A DNA stretch of 64,000 nucleotides, taken from Octopus sinensis (lineage: Eukaryota). The position numbers and the translations under genes were made by a program. Below, one piece after another: positions 52,661 through 64,000 of this stretch (within the stretch, counting starts at the first letter, position 1; the number at the start of each line of letters is the position of its first letter). The stretch covers positions 88,288,001 to 88,352,000 of the forward strand of contig NC_042999.1 in the NCBI RefSeq assembly GCF_006345805.1, written 5' to 3'. The notes under the pieces are model-generated. The model made no database searches. It was not told the origin of the DNA and saw only the letters and a list, made by a program, of their open reading frames with translations.

Positions 52661-54009
52661 CTATCTCCAGTCACCATTATCAACACTGTCCCACTGTATG
52701 CTGTGTCTGAACCATGACAACCATAATATCTAACACTGCTTTCTCCATCATTACCACTTTCATAATAACCTCAACTGTTGTCTCCACCACCACTATCATA
52801 ACATCAAACATTTCCTTGAGTATATAAATATTTATGTTTGTGTTGTTATGTTTTTGATGTAATGGACATCCACAAATGAGTATGAGTCTATCTATCTTTA
52901 TAACTGTTATACATGCCAGCATGAGACACAAAGAGATTGCAGACTTATACACAAGTTACAAACTGGATTTGTTTTACGTGGCACGAAATCTAGGAAATTT
53001 TCTGGATTTCTAAATAATGATCTTTTGAAAATTTTAACAATTTCGGTATCCAAGCTTGAATTATATATGCCATAATGCACAAAAAGTTCTTTCTTTTTAT
53101 ATCACTTTTTATAAATATTTTTAATTAATTCTTAATTTATTTGACAGTAATCATGCATTATATATTGTACATTCATATAACTCAACTGCTTTGTTATTTA
53201 TATATTTTAATACATAATGCAGAACAGAAAAGTATTAAGGTACAATGTCAGGTAAAAACCTCTTTCCTGTCAATAAAGCATATTATAAATACCACGGAGC
53301 AAATCTTATTTCAATTATTACCAAACTAATGAGTAGTTAATAATCAAATAAATGAAGTAATGGATTAATTGTCTGTTTTGTGTCATTCTCTCTCTAGTCA
53401 ATTTGTGACGTACATTACTTTGATATGCACACACATGTATGTGTGTGTGCATAAGTGTATGAGTATGTGTTCTTGTATAATCATTTTGACATCATGCATT
53501 AATTGAAAACAAATGTCACCATCATAAAGACAAAGACAGTGTCAGTTGTTCGCAATCTTCCAGGAAAACATGTTCAGCCACTGAGCAGTTAGCTTTTGAA
53601 GAGAGATAACTATGATGGCATGGTCTGTAATGTGTATGAATGATGACAGATGAGTAAAAAATGTTTCAAGTGAACCATGTGACACAACAATGAAAAAGTA
53701 AGGCCTGAGCAGAAATGTTGAAAGCTGATCTCAGGATAATAAACATCACAAAGGAGATGACATACCACAAGCAATGGAGGGACACTGTATCACAAGCAAG
53801 GGAAAATGGATGTAAAATTATAATGATTATGATGATGAAGAGGATACGATCAATGCCAACTTTTATTTCCATGCAAAGGCTTTAAGCTAATATCCAAATA
53901 TTTGGATTTGGCAAATTCTGGCTGACTTTTACTACAGTTGTAGTATGAAACTGTTCACAAGTGTGTATTGAGCACTTTGTGGTTGTATGTGAAAAAATAG
54001 AAAAAGGAT

Positions 54010-54478
54010 TTTCTGACCATATTCTTTGTAGCATCTTATATTTTATACTTGTTTTAGTCATTAGACTGTGGCCATCCTGGGGTGCCACCTTGAACAATTT
54101 TAGTCGCACAAATTGACCCCAGCACTTATTTTCCCCTTTTTTGTTTTTGAAGCCTGGTACTTATTTTGTCAGTACCTTTTACTGAACTGCTAAGTTACGA
54201 GGACATAAATGCAGTTGGTGGTGGAGGTCAAACACAGACACAAAGACACGCACACATTGACATACATACATACACACATGCATACATACATACATACACA
54301 CATACATATATGATGGACTTCTTTCAGTTTCTGTCGACCAAATCCACTCACAAGGCTTTATTCAGCCTGAGGCTATAGTAGAAGATATTTGGACACTTGC
54401 TAAATGTGCCATGCAATAGGACTGAACTCAGAACCATGTGGTTGGAGAAGCAAACTTCTTACCACATAGCAATGCCTA
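54010..54478 (-). mobile_element. Family 1 SINE
   Basis: Complete head, internal (CA)/(CATA) tract and tail. Confidence 0.75.
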
Positions 54479-54572
54479 TGCTTATATATTATCTCATAAA
54501 ATCAGCTTCACAGCTTCAAAATATCAGTCTGTGAAAATACAGATGCAATTAAATAAATTAATATATATATAT

Positions 54573-54602
<30 letters not shown>

Positions 54603-54603
<1 letters not shown>

Positions 54604-55600
54604 CATCATCATCGTTTAACGTCCATTCTCCATGCTAGCATGGGTTGGACGGTTCGACCGGGGATCTGGGAAGCCAGAAGGCTGCACCAGGCTCCAGTCT
54701 TATCTGGCAATGTTTCTACAGCTGGATGCCCTTCCTAACGCCAACCACTCCGTGAGTGTAGTGGGTGCATTTTATGTGCCACCCACACAGGTGCCAGGCG
54801 AGGCTGGCAACGGCCACGGTCGGATTGGTGCATTTTACATGCCACCGGCACGGAAGCCAGTCGAGGCGGCACTGGCTTCGGCCACGATTCGGATGGTGCT
54901 TTTTACATATCACCAGTCCAGGGGTCCTGGTATCTGCCGGGTGCCAGTCATAGGATTGGTTCAATTTCGATTCCGATTTCGATTTCGATTTCACTTGCCC
55001 CAACAGGTCTTCGCAAGCAAAGGCATGGGTGCCTGTCGTCGGATGAGGTTCGATATCGACTTCGCTTGCCTCAACAGGTCTTTGTGTGTCCAAGGGAGGA
55101 AAGGCATGCATAAGTGGGCTGGACTCACTTGTCCTGCCTGGTCTTCTCAAGTACAGCATATTTCCAAAGGTCTCGGTCGCTGGTCATTTCCTCAGTGAGG
55201 CCTAAAGTTCGAAGGTTGTGCTTCATCACCTCGTCCCAGGTTTTCCTGGGTCTACCTCTTCCATGAATTCCCTCAACTGCTAGGGATTGGCACTTTTTCA
55301 CACACCTATCTTCATCCATTCTCGCCACATGACCATACCAGCGCAATCGTCTTTCTTGCACACCACAACTGATGCTTCTTAGGTACCACATTTCTCTCAA
55401 GGTACTAACGCTCTGTCGAGTATGTACACTGACATTACACATCCATCGGAGCATACTGGCTTCATTCCTCACAAGCTTACGCATGTCCTCATCAGTCACG
55501 GACCATGTTTCACTGCCATGTAGCATGGCTGTTCGTACACATGCATCATACAGTCTGCCTTTTACTCTGAGTGAGAGGCCTTAGTCACCAGCAGAGGTAA

Positions 55601-55602
<2 letters not shown>
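54603..55602 (-). mobile_element. Relatively young 5'-truncated RTE LINE (RT C-terminus, 3' UTR, (GAT)n tail)
   Basis: ORF 55125-55526 reads LHGSETW...ERRLRWYGHVARMDEDRCVKK...GRGRPRKTW...DRDLWKYAV. Upstream KGRLYDACVRTA has one frameshift. (TA)n lies on both sides. Confidence 0.93.
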
Positions 55603-55634
<32 letters not shown>

Positions 55635-55635
<1 letters not shown>

Positions 55636-56167
55636 GGCCATCCAATCGTGACAGAGGAAGACTATTGCTGACCTTCAGGAACATTGTATACTGTAGGACT
55701 AACTTATATTTTGCATTTGTGGCTCCATTGGTGGCTAAAGAGCCCTGCTCTTGACAAGCATACATGACTGCAAACATTGCAAGCCAAGCTTTTCCTATTC
55801 ACTACACCAGCAGTGTGCTTTCAAGCAGTATGCTTAAATTCTTCATGCAGAATACATGCTCTCTCAAAGGTGTCAATCCCCTTCTTAACCTGCCTCCTGC
55901 ATTTGTTGTGATGACAGGCATTGCTCTCCCAGTCGGTCTCCTGCATATCACAGGCCTTTAATAAGGACTTGACACAGTCCTTAAATCACAGACTTGGTTT
56001 CTGCTGGGGGTCTCTTTCCATTAACAAGTTCCCCATATAGCATCTGTTTAAGGATCTTGCTATCCTGCATTCTTATAAAGTGTCTAATCCCTGGAGGGTA
56101 TATCAGCTAAAATGTGTTAACAAGATGAGGACAAATACCTGTCAAATGTAAATAATGTAAATGATGC
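55635..56167 (-). mobile_element. Older RTE/BovB-like LINE 3' end
   Basis: RMQDSKILKQMLYGELVNGKR...FKDCVK...DWESNA and a terminal C2H2-like CNVCSHVCLSRAGLFSHQWSH. A 32-bp direct repeat lies at 54516-54547 and 56168-56199. Confidence 0.75.
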
Positions 56168-56204
56168 TCAAAATATCAGTCTGTGAAAATGCAGATGCAG
56201 CTAA

Positions 56205-56243
<39 letters not shown>

Positions 56244-56333
56244 CAACAATTGAGGGTAAAATTAATTAATTAATCAATTTCACCAAGTATTCAGTATGCA
56301 AAGGGACCATTTAAGGCGAATTCAAATTATTAC

Positions 56334-56569
56334 ATTATATAAAAGGGCTTAGTAAAATAAATTACTTTGCCGCATACTGAACTCATTAGAAATAGCAGCT
56401 AAAAAAACTTTTTTAAAACTATTTCTAATAGTTGAATTGAGCAAGCACTATATGAGAGAGGTTTTCTTTAAGTATTAGAAATAGTTTTAAAAAAGTTTTT
56501 TTAGCTGCTATTTCTAATGAGTTCAGTATGCGGCAAAGTAATTTATTTTACTAAGCCCTTTTATATAAT
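56334..56569. repeat. Perfect 97-bp inverted repeat with a 42-bp spacer
   Basis: 56334-56430 vs 56473-56569, no mismatch found. Confidence 0.95.
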
Positions 56570-56881
56570 ATATATATATATATATATATATCCTGAAAAC
56601 TCCTCACAGCCTTGGCTTTGTTATCTCATTTTGTGTAATATATATATACATACAAAAACACACATTCATACATATGAAATAAACAAATATGTATATTGTT
56701 TTTTGTATATATTACATGCATTATATTACACACAATTAATAATAATAATAAATGGTGGCTTGGAAGAGGAGAGGTAAATATATAGGCAACTTTTAGCCTT
56801 CTGAAAAAACAAAACTAGGCCTGTGCCTCCAACTGGAGATATATAATCAGCCTTGACTAACAGTAGACCCAGAATAATGTG

Positions 56882-56912
<31 letters not shown>

Positions 56913-57724
56913 CATGTTAGTATGCATGATGTATGGTATATTAACTTAACATATAGATATGCTATATTCTTTATATAATCTATACTTTACACAAAACCAA
57001 TATTTGCATTGAAATCCAGACACAAACTTTTAATGTATTTAGCTTAAAAATTACCTTTGAAGATGCCTCTTTGGTTAAAGCTCAATATGAGATTCTTAAC
57101 TGATGGATATATTTGTAATTTAATAATAGTAATTTAAATTAACAATAGTAGAATGATTTTTGTTTTGAGTCATAAAAACATGGAGATCTGACCTGACAAA
57201 AACGAAATTTTAAAATGATAGATAGGTAGGTATATTTAAAATGAATTTTCACAAATCATTTCATAGTTTCATTAGGGAGTTTTGTAAAATAAAAATACAT
57301 ATATATATTATTTTGTTAGTTAATATTTTTGTAAAAAATCAAAAAAGATATCTATGTTATGCGCAGAATATTTGTTTACTCTCCATACATTTGACAAACA
57401 CATTCTAAATACTATGTAGATTTGATAAATTCTATGAAATAAATTTACCAATGTGAAAACTAATAATACCATCCCAGATATTAAAAATGTATTCAATTTC
57501 CTATCAGAAAGTCTAGCTCTTATCCAAATGCAAGAATCAAAAGCAAACAAGAGCAAAACTGTATACATCAAGTATGGCTGTATGGTTAATAATTTTGCTT
57601 TGAAAACACCTAGTTCCAGGTCTGATTCAATTGTGTAGCAACTTGGATAGGGGAACTCTACCTTTGTTTTAAGTTGCCCAATGCTTCTTAAATGGAATCT
57701 GATAGACAGAAACATACATACATT

Positions 57725-57961
57725 AAGGTGGCGAGCTGGCAGAATCGTTAGCATGCTGGATGAAATGCTTAGCAGTATTTCGTCTGCCGTTATGTTCTGA
57801 GTTCAAATTCCACCGAGGTCGACTTTGCCTTTCATCCTTTCGGGGTCGATTAAATAAGTACCAGTTATGCACTGGGGTCGATATAATTGACTTAATCAAT
57901 TTGTTTGTCCTTGTTTGTCCCCTCTATGTTTAGCCCCTTGTGGGCAATAAAGAAATAAGAA
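57725..57961 (+). mobile_element. Intact family 2 tRNA-headed SINE
   Basis: GGTGGCGAGCTGGCAGAATCGTTAGC...GAGTTCAAATTCC (A/B-box-like), body GTCGACTTTGCCTTTCATCCTTTCGGGGTCGAT, tail AATAAAGAAATAAGA. Other copies lie near 19150-19345, 29570-29790, 41850-42050 and 61410-61625. Confidence 0.85.
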
Positions 57962-58721
57962 ACATACATACGTTCGTACATACTTATGTACATACATACA
58001 CACACATACATACCTACATACATACATACATACATAGACAAAAAGAAATCGACTGGCTAATTTGTACATTACAAGTGCAATCTGAAAGTGGAACAGTAAA
58101 AATATGCAAGACTTTTCTCAAGTTCCAAATGTGAATTTTTCTGTATTAACTACATCCCAAAGATGGAACCTTGTATCTTTGTTGGACACTGGCTCCCTCC
58201 TCAGTAGAAGATTTATAATAATTAAAAAATAAAAGAGACATAGATAATGTACATGGTGTAAGACAGCTTGCAACCAAATAAGACTATGTTTTAAACTTAG
58301 TAAGTTTGTAGAAACATTCTGAGAGTTCAAGAAATTCCTGTGTATTCATTTATTTTGAGTGGGTAAAGAGTCATGCAACAATGAACTCACTTTCCAGTAC
58401 AATCAGCTACAAAACAAGTGACACAGAAGAGGCTGAGACAACTAGAAACCAGCTGCAATTCAAGTTTTTAATACAAGCTTCCCTTCTCCTAGAAAGAAAT
58501 CTTAACAAGAACTAGTGCTTGTTTATTCCCAGTCATTCACATGCTAGTTACCCATAGCTGGGACCCTTACAGGTGCTTCAACTCCAGGTCAGAGTAGACT
58601 TGGGAACAACAGTGGTTAAAATGTGGTTCCACACTTCTCAATACCCTGGAACTCACATACTGAGTCCTTACTACTGGATGCTGTTTAAAGTCATACCCAG
58701 GACAACATACATACATACAAG

Positions 58722-59003
58722 TGGAGGCACATGGCCTAGTGGTTAGAGCAGCGGACTCACGGTCGAGGGATTGCGGGTTCGAATCTCAGACTGAGCGATG
58801 TGTGTGTTTATGAGCGAAACACTTCCAGCAAAAGGTAATGGCGAACTTCTGCTGACTCTTGCCACAACTTTCTCTCACTCTTTCCTCCTGCATCTTGCAG
58901 CTCACCTGTGACAGACTGGCATCCTGTCCAGGTGGGGAACCTATATGTCAAGAAAACCAGGAAACCAGCCCTATGAGCCAGGCATGCTCAAGAAGAAACA
59001 ATA
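58722..59003 (+). mobile_element. tRNA-headed SINE (family 3)
   Basis: TGGCCTAGTGG (A box) and GGTTCGAATC (B box); no closing acceptor stem. Body ...GTGACAGACTGGCATCCTGTCCAGGTGGGG.... Confidence 0.8.
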
Positions 59004-59261
59004 TACATATGTACATACATACAAATAAATACAGGAGAAAGAGGACTTCTGTGGACAATTGATAAGGAGTTGGTAAATCAAGTTCCCAAGATACACTTTC
59101 ACCTTCATACTCACTTGCGTAGCTAGAGTGTGTGCTGTTCGGGTGGCCCTTCCATTTGCCACCCCTGGACCCCACAAAAAACATATAATGCCTACAGCAG
59201 ACCCAAAAGTGCTGCCGCTTTAAAAGTGCCCCTACACACCCCCTGTCCCCTAGCTATGCTA

Positions 59262-59517
59262 GTATTCATGCATATTATTATTGGAGCTACAGGGTACATA
59301 CCAACCCATCTGGAGCAAAGTATGGCTGAGCTTCGATTCTTGGGGAGAGAATGCAAACCTTTAATTCATATGCTAGAAATGATCACAATATCTGAGACTA
59401 TAAAAATCTGCAAGACCGTCTTAAGATTTAAAGGATGATGTTTAAAACAAGATATTTTCTTTCTCAACCTCGCTACCAAATAGATGGCTGGTCAAAATTA
59501 AAAAGAGAAAGAGAAGA
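59262..59517 (+). mobile_element. Second, divergent R4/Dong-like LINE 3' end
   Basis: FMHIIIGATGYIPTHLEQSMAELRFLGRECKPLIHMLEMITISETIKICKTVLRFKG*, then a short UTR and (CATA)n at 59518-59590. Confidence 0.65.
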
Positions 59518-60864
59518 TACATACATACATACATACATACATACATACATACATACATACATACATACATACATACATACATACATACATGCATGTGTAA
59601 ATACACACACAAACTTCTTCATAACACAGCCACACCTGAGCTTATTATATGCACATAAATGTACACATATAAATATTCACATACATATGCACATGTAAAT
59701 ATATAAATGTTGATATTCATCCTCAAAAATACTAACAGACTGGATAACACAAAAACTAATACTACCTATTTTTTGTTCTAGAACTTAGTTCTCTTTCTCT
59801 AAACAGCACTTGCAAGACTAATTGAAACCCTACTGTAAGAATTTTCTGGAAGAGCTGCTGCTTCTAGCAGCAGCTTAGATGCTCTACTTGGCTATGAATG
59901 TGTGATTCCAAAGTTTCAAATCTGTAATTTAGTTTACAAATAGTATTATAGAAGGCATATATAAACTATATAGTAATCATTAAGCCATGATATTGAAAAC
60001 ATTTAAAGTAACTTAATGGTGTATCATCTTGAAACAAAAAACAACAGGCATTATAAAAAGTAAAAAGAACAAATAATATAGATTATTAGTAATGGACATT
60101 TGGACATTCAAGAGATGAAACTATGAAATGTCAGAACCCTGAACCAAAGAGTATATTAATTTTAATTTCTAACAACTTCAAAGAAACATGAAAAAACTAT
60201 AGATTTTTATTTCTATTTTTTGTTCAGCATTTGTATTTCCATTCATATTGGAGACTATATATAAGCAATCAATCTCCATGTACATTTGAACATGTATGAA
60301 TATATATGCACATATGTGTGCTAATGTATGTATACATATGTGTGTTATTACTGCTGTTCTTTAGCTCATTCAGCTGACCTATGATCAAGGGTAATCCATT
60401 TTTGATCATAGGTCTATATCCAGGATTGTATTGTGCAATTTATACTTCACAGTTGTAGGATTGTATGGTATAATTTCAAGATATTTGACTATAATTTCCT
60501 GCAGGCTGCATGACCAGATGGAGACTTCTAATGACGATATCAGGACAATTTCACTTCTTTATCTTTCATTTTTTTTTTTCTGTTCTCTCCTTTTAGGGAT
60601 CATGAAAACTATTTCAGTCACTATTTCTGAATTATGTATTATTTTTTTTATTATTTCACTGGTTTCAGTCTGTAGTCATGCTGGGTCACTACCTACCCAG
60701 AACTGTAGTTGCTTATATCAACCTCTGTAGTTGATCTGATACTTATTTTATCAATCATATAAAGTGAGATCAACCTGGACATAAAGGCATGAAAATCATA
60801 CAGGTACAGGCATGGCTGCGTAGTTAAGATCATTTTGCAACCACACGGTTTGGAATTCAGTCAC

Positions 60865-61290
60865 ACACCATGGGACTTTGGGCAACTATCTTATATTATA
60901 GACATAAGTTCACCAATCTCTTGTGAGTGAATTTGGTGGGCAGAAAGTGTAGGCAACTCCTTATATATAAGTGTGTGTGTGCACACTTGTGTACATGCAC
61001 ACTTGTGTGCACGTGCGCACATGTGTTTGTAATTGAGCATGTGAGAATGTGTGTATGCATGTGTGAGTGTGTGTATATGTGTGTGTGTGCTTGTGCCTAA
61101 CTTAGTGTTGTCCCCAACCACCACTTGACACTCTGGTGTTTGTTTGTGCTCCCATAACTAATAAATTAAGCAAAGGACTGACAGAATAAGTACCAAACTC
61201 AAAACAATAAGTACTGGGACCAATTTGATCGACTAGACACCCAAAGATGGGGCACCGGCATGAGTACAGTTTAATGACAGAAACGAGTCA
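60865..61290 (+). mobile_element. Older family 1 SINE copy
   Basis: Diverged head, internal (TG) tract and tail ...ATGACAGAAACGAGTCAAAGA. Confidence 0.65.
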
Positions 61291-61674
61291 AAGAAAATAT
61301 GAGTATATCAGAAGCTACTTTTGCTTGATGTGCCAATTTGGAGGAGCAATCCAATTTTCTAAAAAAATCCCTGTCTTAAAGCAGCACATCATTACGATTT
61401 CTTCATTATTGGTTTCAGATTTTGACACAAGGCCAGAAATTTTGAGTGAATGGGTCAGTCAATTATATTGACTCCAGTGCTCGACTGGTACTTATTTTAT
61501 CAACACTGGATTAATGAAAGGCAAAGTTGATTTCAGTGGTATTTGAACTTAGAACATAAAGACAGATGAAATGCCGCTAACCATTTTGTCTGGCAGGCAA
61601 ATGATTGTGCCAACTCACTGCCTTGATTTCTTCATTGCTAACTTGATATTTTGATAGTTTTGCTAGTTTCATTA

Positions 61675-61835
61675 GGTGCAGGAGTGGCTGTGTGGTAAGT
61701 AGCTTGCTTACAAACCACATGGTTCCAGGTTCAGTCCCACTGCGTGGCACCTTGGTTTGTGTCTTCTACAATAGCCTCGGGCTGACCAAAGCCTTGTGAG
61801 GGGATTTGGTAGACAGAAACTGAAAGAAGCCCATC

Positions 61836-61885
<50 letters not shown>

Positions 61886-62110
61886 TTGAGTGTGTATATG
61901 TTTGTGTGTCTGTGTTTGTCCCCTCCAGCATCATTTGACAACCGATGCTGGTGTGTTTACATCCCTGTAATTTAGCAGTTTGGCAAAAAGAGACTAATAA
62001 AATAAGTACTATGCTTACAAAGAATAAGTCTTGGAGTCAATTTCATCAACTAAAGGCAGTGCTCCAGCATGGCCACAGTCAAATGACGGAAACAAGTAAA
62101 AGAGTAAAAG
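61675..62110 (+). mobile_element. Intact family 1 SINE
   Basis: AGGTGCAGGAGTGGCTGTGTGGTAAGTAGCTTGCTTAC...GGTTCAGTCCC, internal (TA)n, tail GAAACAAGTAAAAGAGTAAAAGA. Confidence 0.88.
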
Positions 62111-62665
62111 AACCTGTTTTGTTAGTTTCCTTGTTATTTATTGCTTTTCCAGGGGTGAAAGCTTTTTAGATACTTTGAGATGAGACAGAGGAAGTGAGTA
62201 AGTAATCCTTAAACAGAACATCAAACCTAAATGTTCATGATAAATTTTACTCCACTGAAAACACCTGAAGGCCAGGTGTTTGTATTCAAATAGGTAATGA
62301 TATAAATCTACCTTCTAAGAACTCATATGCTTCCACACAGTTTTTCATCTAGCCAATTTTACTCACAAGGCTTTGGTTGAGCTGCTCTTGTGATAGAAGT
62401 TCTAGCTCCCACACAGTAAGATTAAACCTGAAACCATGTAACTGTAGAGTAAACTTCTTTAGAACATAGTCATGATGTCCAATACCCATTGAATTTGTTG
62501 GTTGGTTGGATTGACATTTCGCTTTGACTGTTGACTTATTAAATTATCATAGCATAACTGAAAAGAAAATAGCTACTAGAAACCCAAAGTTCCATTTCCT
62601 CTTAGATTTTTGATTCTGTAAACTTTGATATCTGAATGTATCAGTCTGTGTGGGTGTGCGTGTGT

Positions 62666-62706
<41 letters not shown>

Positions 62707-62950
62707 TGGTAGAGGAAGAAAGAATATTCACTCATAATTAGATAGCAGCAAACATATCTATAGCTTTGGTTATATCTCATTGGAATTTGCTGTATTTATT
62801 TTATTAATATATCAGCATAAAGCTTTGTGAGTTCACACACACACACACATATGTATGTATATGAATATATGTGTACATACACTGACACATGTATATATGT
62901 ATATGTATATGAATATGTATACAAGCATATTTATATATGTGCATATGTCT

Positions 62951-62982
<32 letters not shown>

Positions 62983-63734
62983 ATTGTGTGTGAATCTTTA
63001 TCATTTTATACAGGTGCAGCATATTCATATAAACATACCTTATATCTTGAAATCCAACTACGAGTCATAAAATGTAACACATATTTTAGTTCTGCTTATT
63101 TGTCTAACAAATATATGTGGAACATAAAAGAGGTATGCTATTTCAGCCTGCTAAACACATATATGCTTTTTCTGATATCACTGATGCTGCAACTTCATTC
63201 ATGGAACTGCCAAAGGAGCATATCTTCTTTCTGTTCAAATCATCTATAGTTACAGGAATATTCCACCCCTTCCCCACGAACCATTTGGCTGTCGAATCCT
63301 TTTTGAATATAATTTTATTGCATGTAGCTAGCATCCATATCTTTTGCTGAAACCACAAGAAGAATCTAGTTCAGTTTTAAAAAATAGTGAAATTATATGT
63401 CGTATTGGATGCACAATTAGGAATTAGATTGTGCATTCAAATTTTGAACCAGCCAGCTGTTTTGCCCTTGAGCAAAATACTTCATTTCATGTTGCTTCAG
63501 TTCACTCAGATGAAAATAAGTACCAGTTACAAGTGAGGTGCTGGTGGCATAACTCAGCAACTGATTGGTGTCCCATTCAGGAAAGAGTTTTTTACTCTCC
63601 GTTAAATGCTACAGAATGTGAGGCAAGCTCTGGGCTGATGGGCCTGTAGTCAAACCAGCAAAGTATTTCAAAATTATGCATACATATTTATATACACATG
63701 CTTACAAAATGCATATATATATATGTGACCTCGT

Positions 63735-63925
63735 GAGTACCACTGGCGATTTTTTTTCCTCTGTCTTCCCTTCTTGGGATCTTTCCTTCTCCTATGTTTC
63801 CGACGAAGAGCTCCGCTCGAAACATTAAATCCTCCTTCTTCCCTTCTTTCCTGAGCGTCTAATACTACTTTATTTGTTCCACGTCCTTGCGTTATTGTTT
63901 TTTTGTTTTCTTGTTTGGATTAACT
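63735..63925 (+). mobile_element. Penelope-like terminal repeat with a minimal hammerhead-like motif
   Basis: CCGACGA-A-GAGC-TCC-GCTC-GAAAC-ATT at 63800-63826. It is followed by (TA)n and then (TAA)n at about 63945-63988. Confidence 0.55.
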
Positions 63926-63942
63926 TTATATATATATATATG

Positions 63943-63990
<48 letters not shown>

Positions 63991-64000
63991 CACACTGAGC

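Noticed and set aside
57449-57518. Minus-strand 70-nt candidate exon encoding a hydrophobic helix (ARLSDRKLNTFLISGMVLLVFTL)
   Set aside because: AT-rich DNA readily yields hydrophobic peptides, the splice signals are only moderate, and there is no homology evidence.
58722-58795. tRNA gene
   Set aside because: A and B boxes are present, but there is no closing acceptor stem and the sequence continues into a SINE body shared with 7925-8438.
59853-59875. 10-bp perfect hairpin AGCTGCTGCT-TCT-AGCAGCAGCT
   Set aside because: It is a low-complexity CTG/CAG palindrome, too short to support a functional claim.
62153-62197. Plus-strand exon-like segment with a strong acceptor and twin donors (GTGAGT/GTAAGT)
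   Set aside because: All three frames contain stops. It could only be non-coding, and nothing else supports it.

Overview
AT-rich, repeat-dense eukaryotic DNA. The mix of (TA)n/(CA)n/(CATA)n microsatellites, tRNA-headed SINEs and RTE 3' ends with (GAT)n tails resembles octopus or another coleoid cephalopod; this is an inference from repeat style, not a database hit. I found no intact protein-coding gene, rRNA, true tRNA or CRISPR array, and most long ORFs in the track are microsatellite artefacts. The window is intergenic or lies in a very large intron. It holds decayed mobile elements: two mariner copies, Tc1/mariner and piggyBac-type MITEs, a Gypsy gag-pro-RT-RNaseH remnant, several RTE LINE remnants, R4/Dong-like RLE LINE 3' ends, a non-autonomous Helitron, Penelope-like terminal repeats and at least four SINE types. 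The most interesting observations are: (i) type I hammerhead-ribozyme-like motifs in two repeat families; (ii) an R4-like LINE family that appears tied to (CATA)n microsatellites; (iii) fold-back structures, two of them with an unusual interlaced A-B-A'-B' order; (iv) SINEs whose internal (TA)n tract repeatedly receives other elements. Candidate host exons on the minus strand near 13.5-15 kb are weak and unproven. Coordinates of decayed element ends are approximate.
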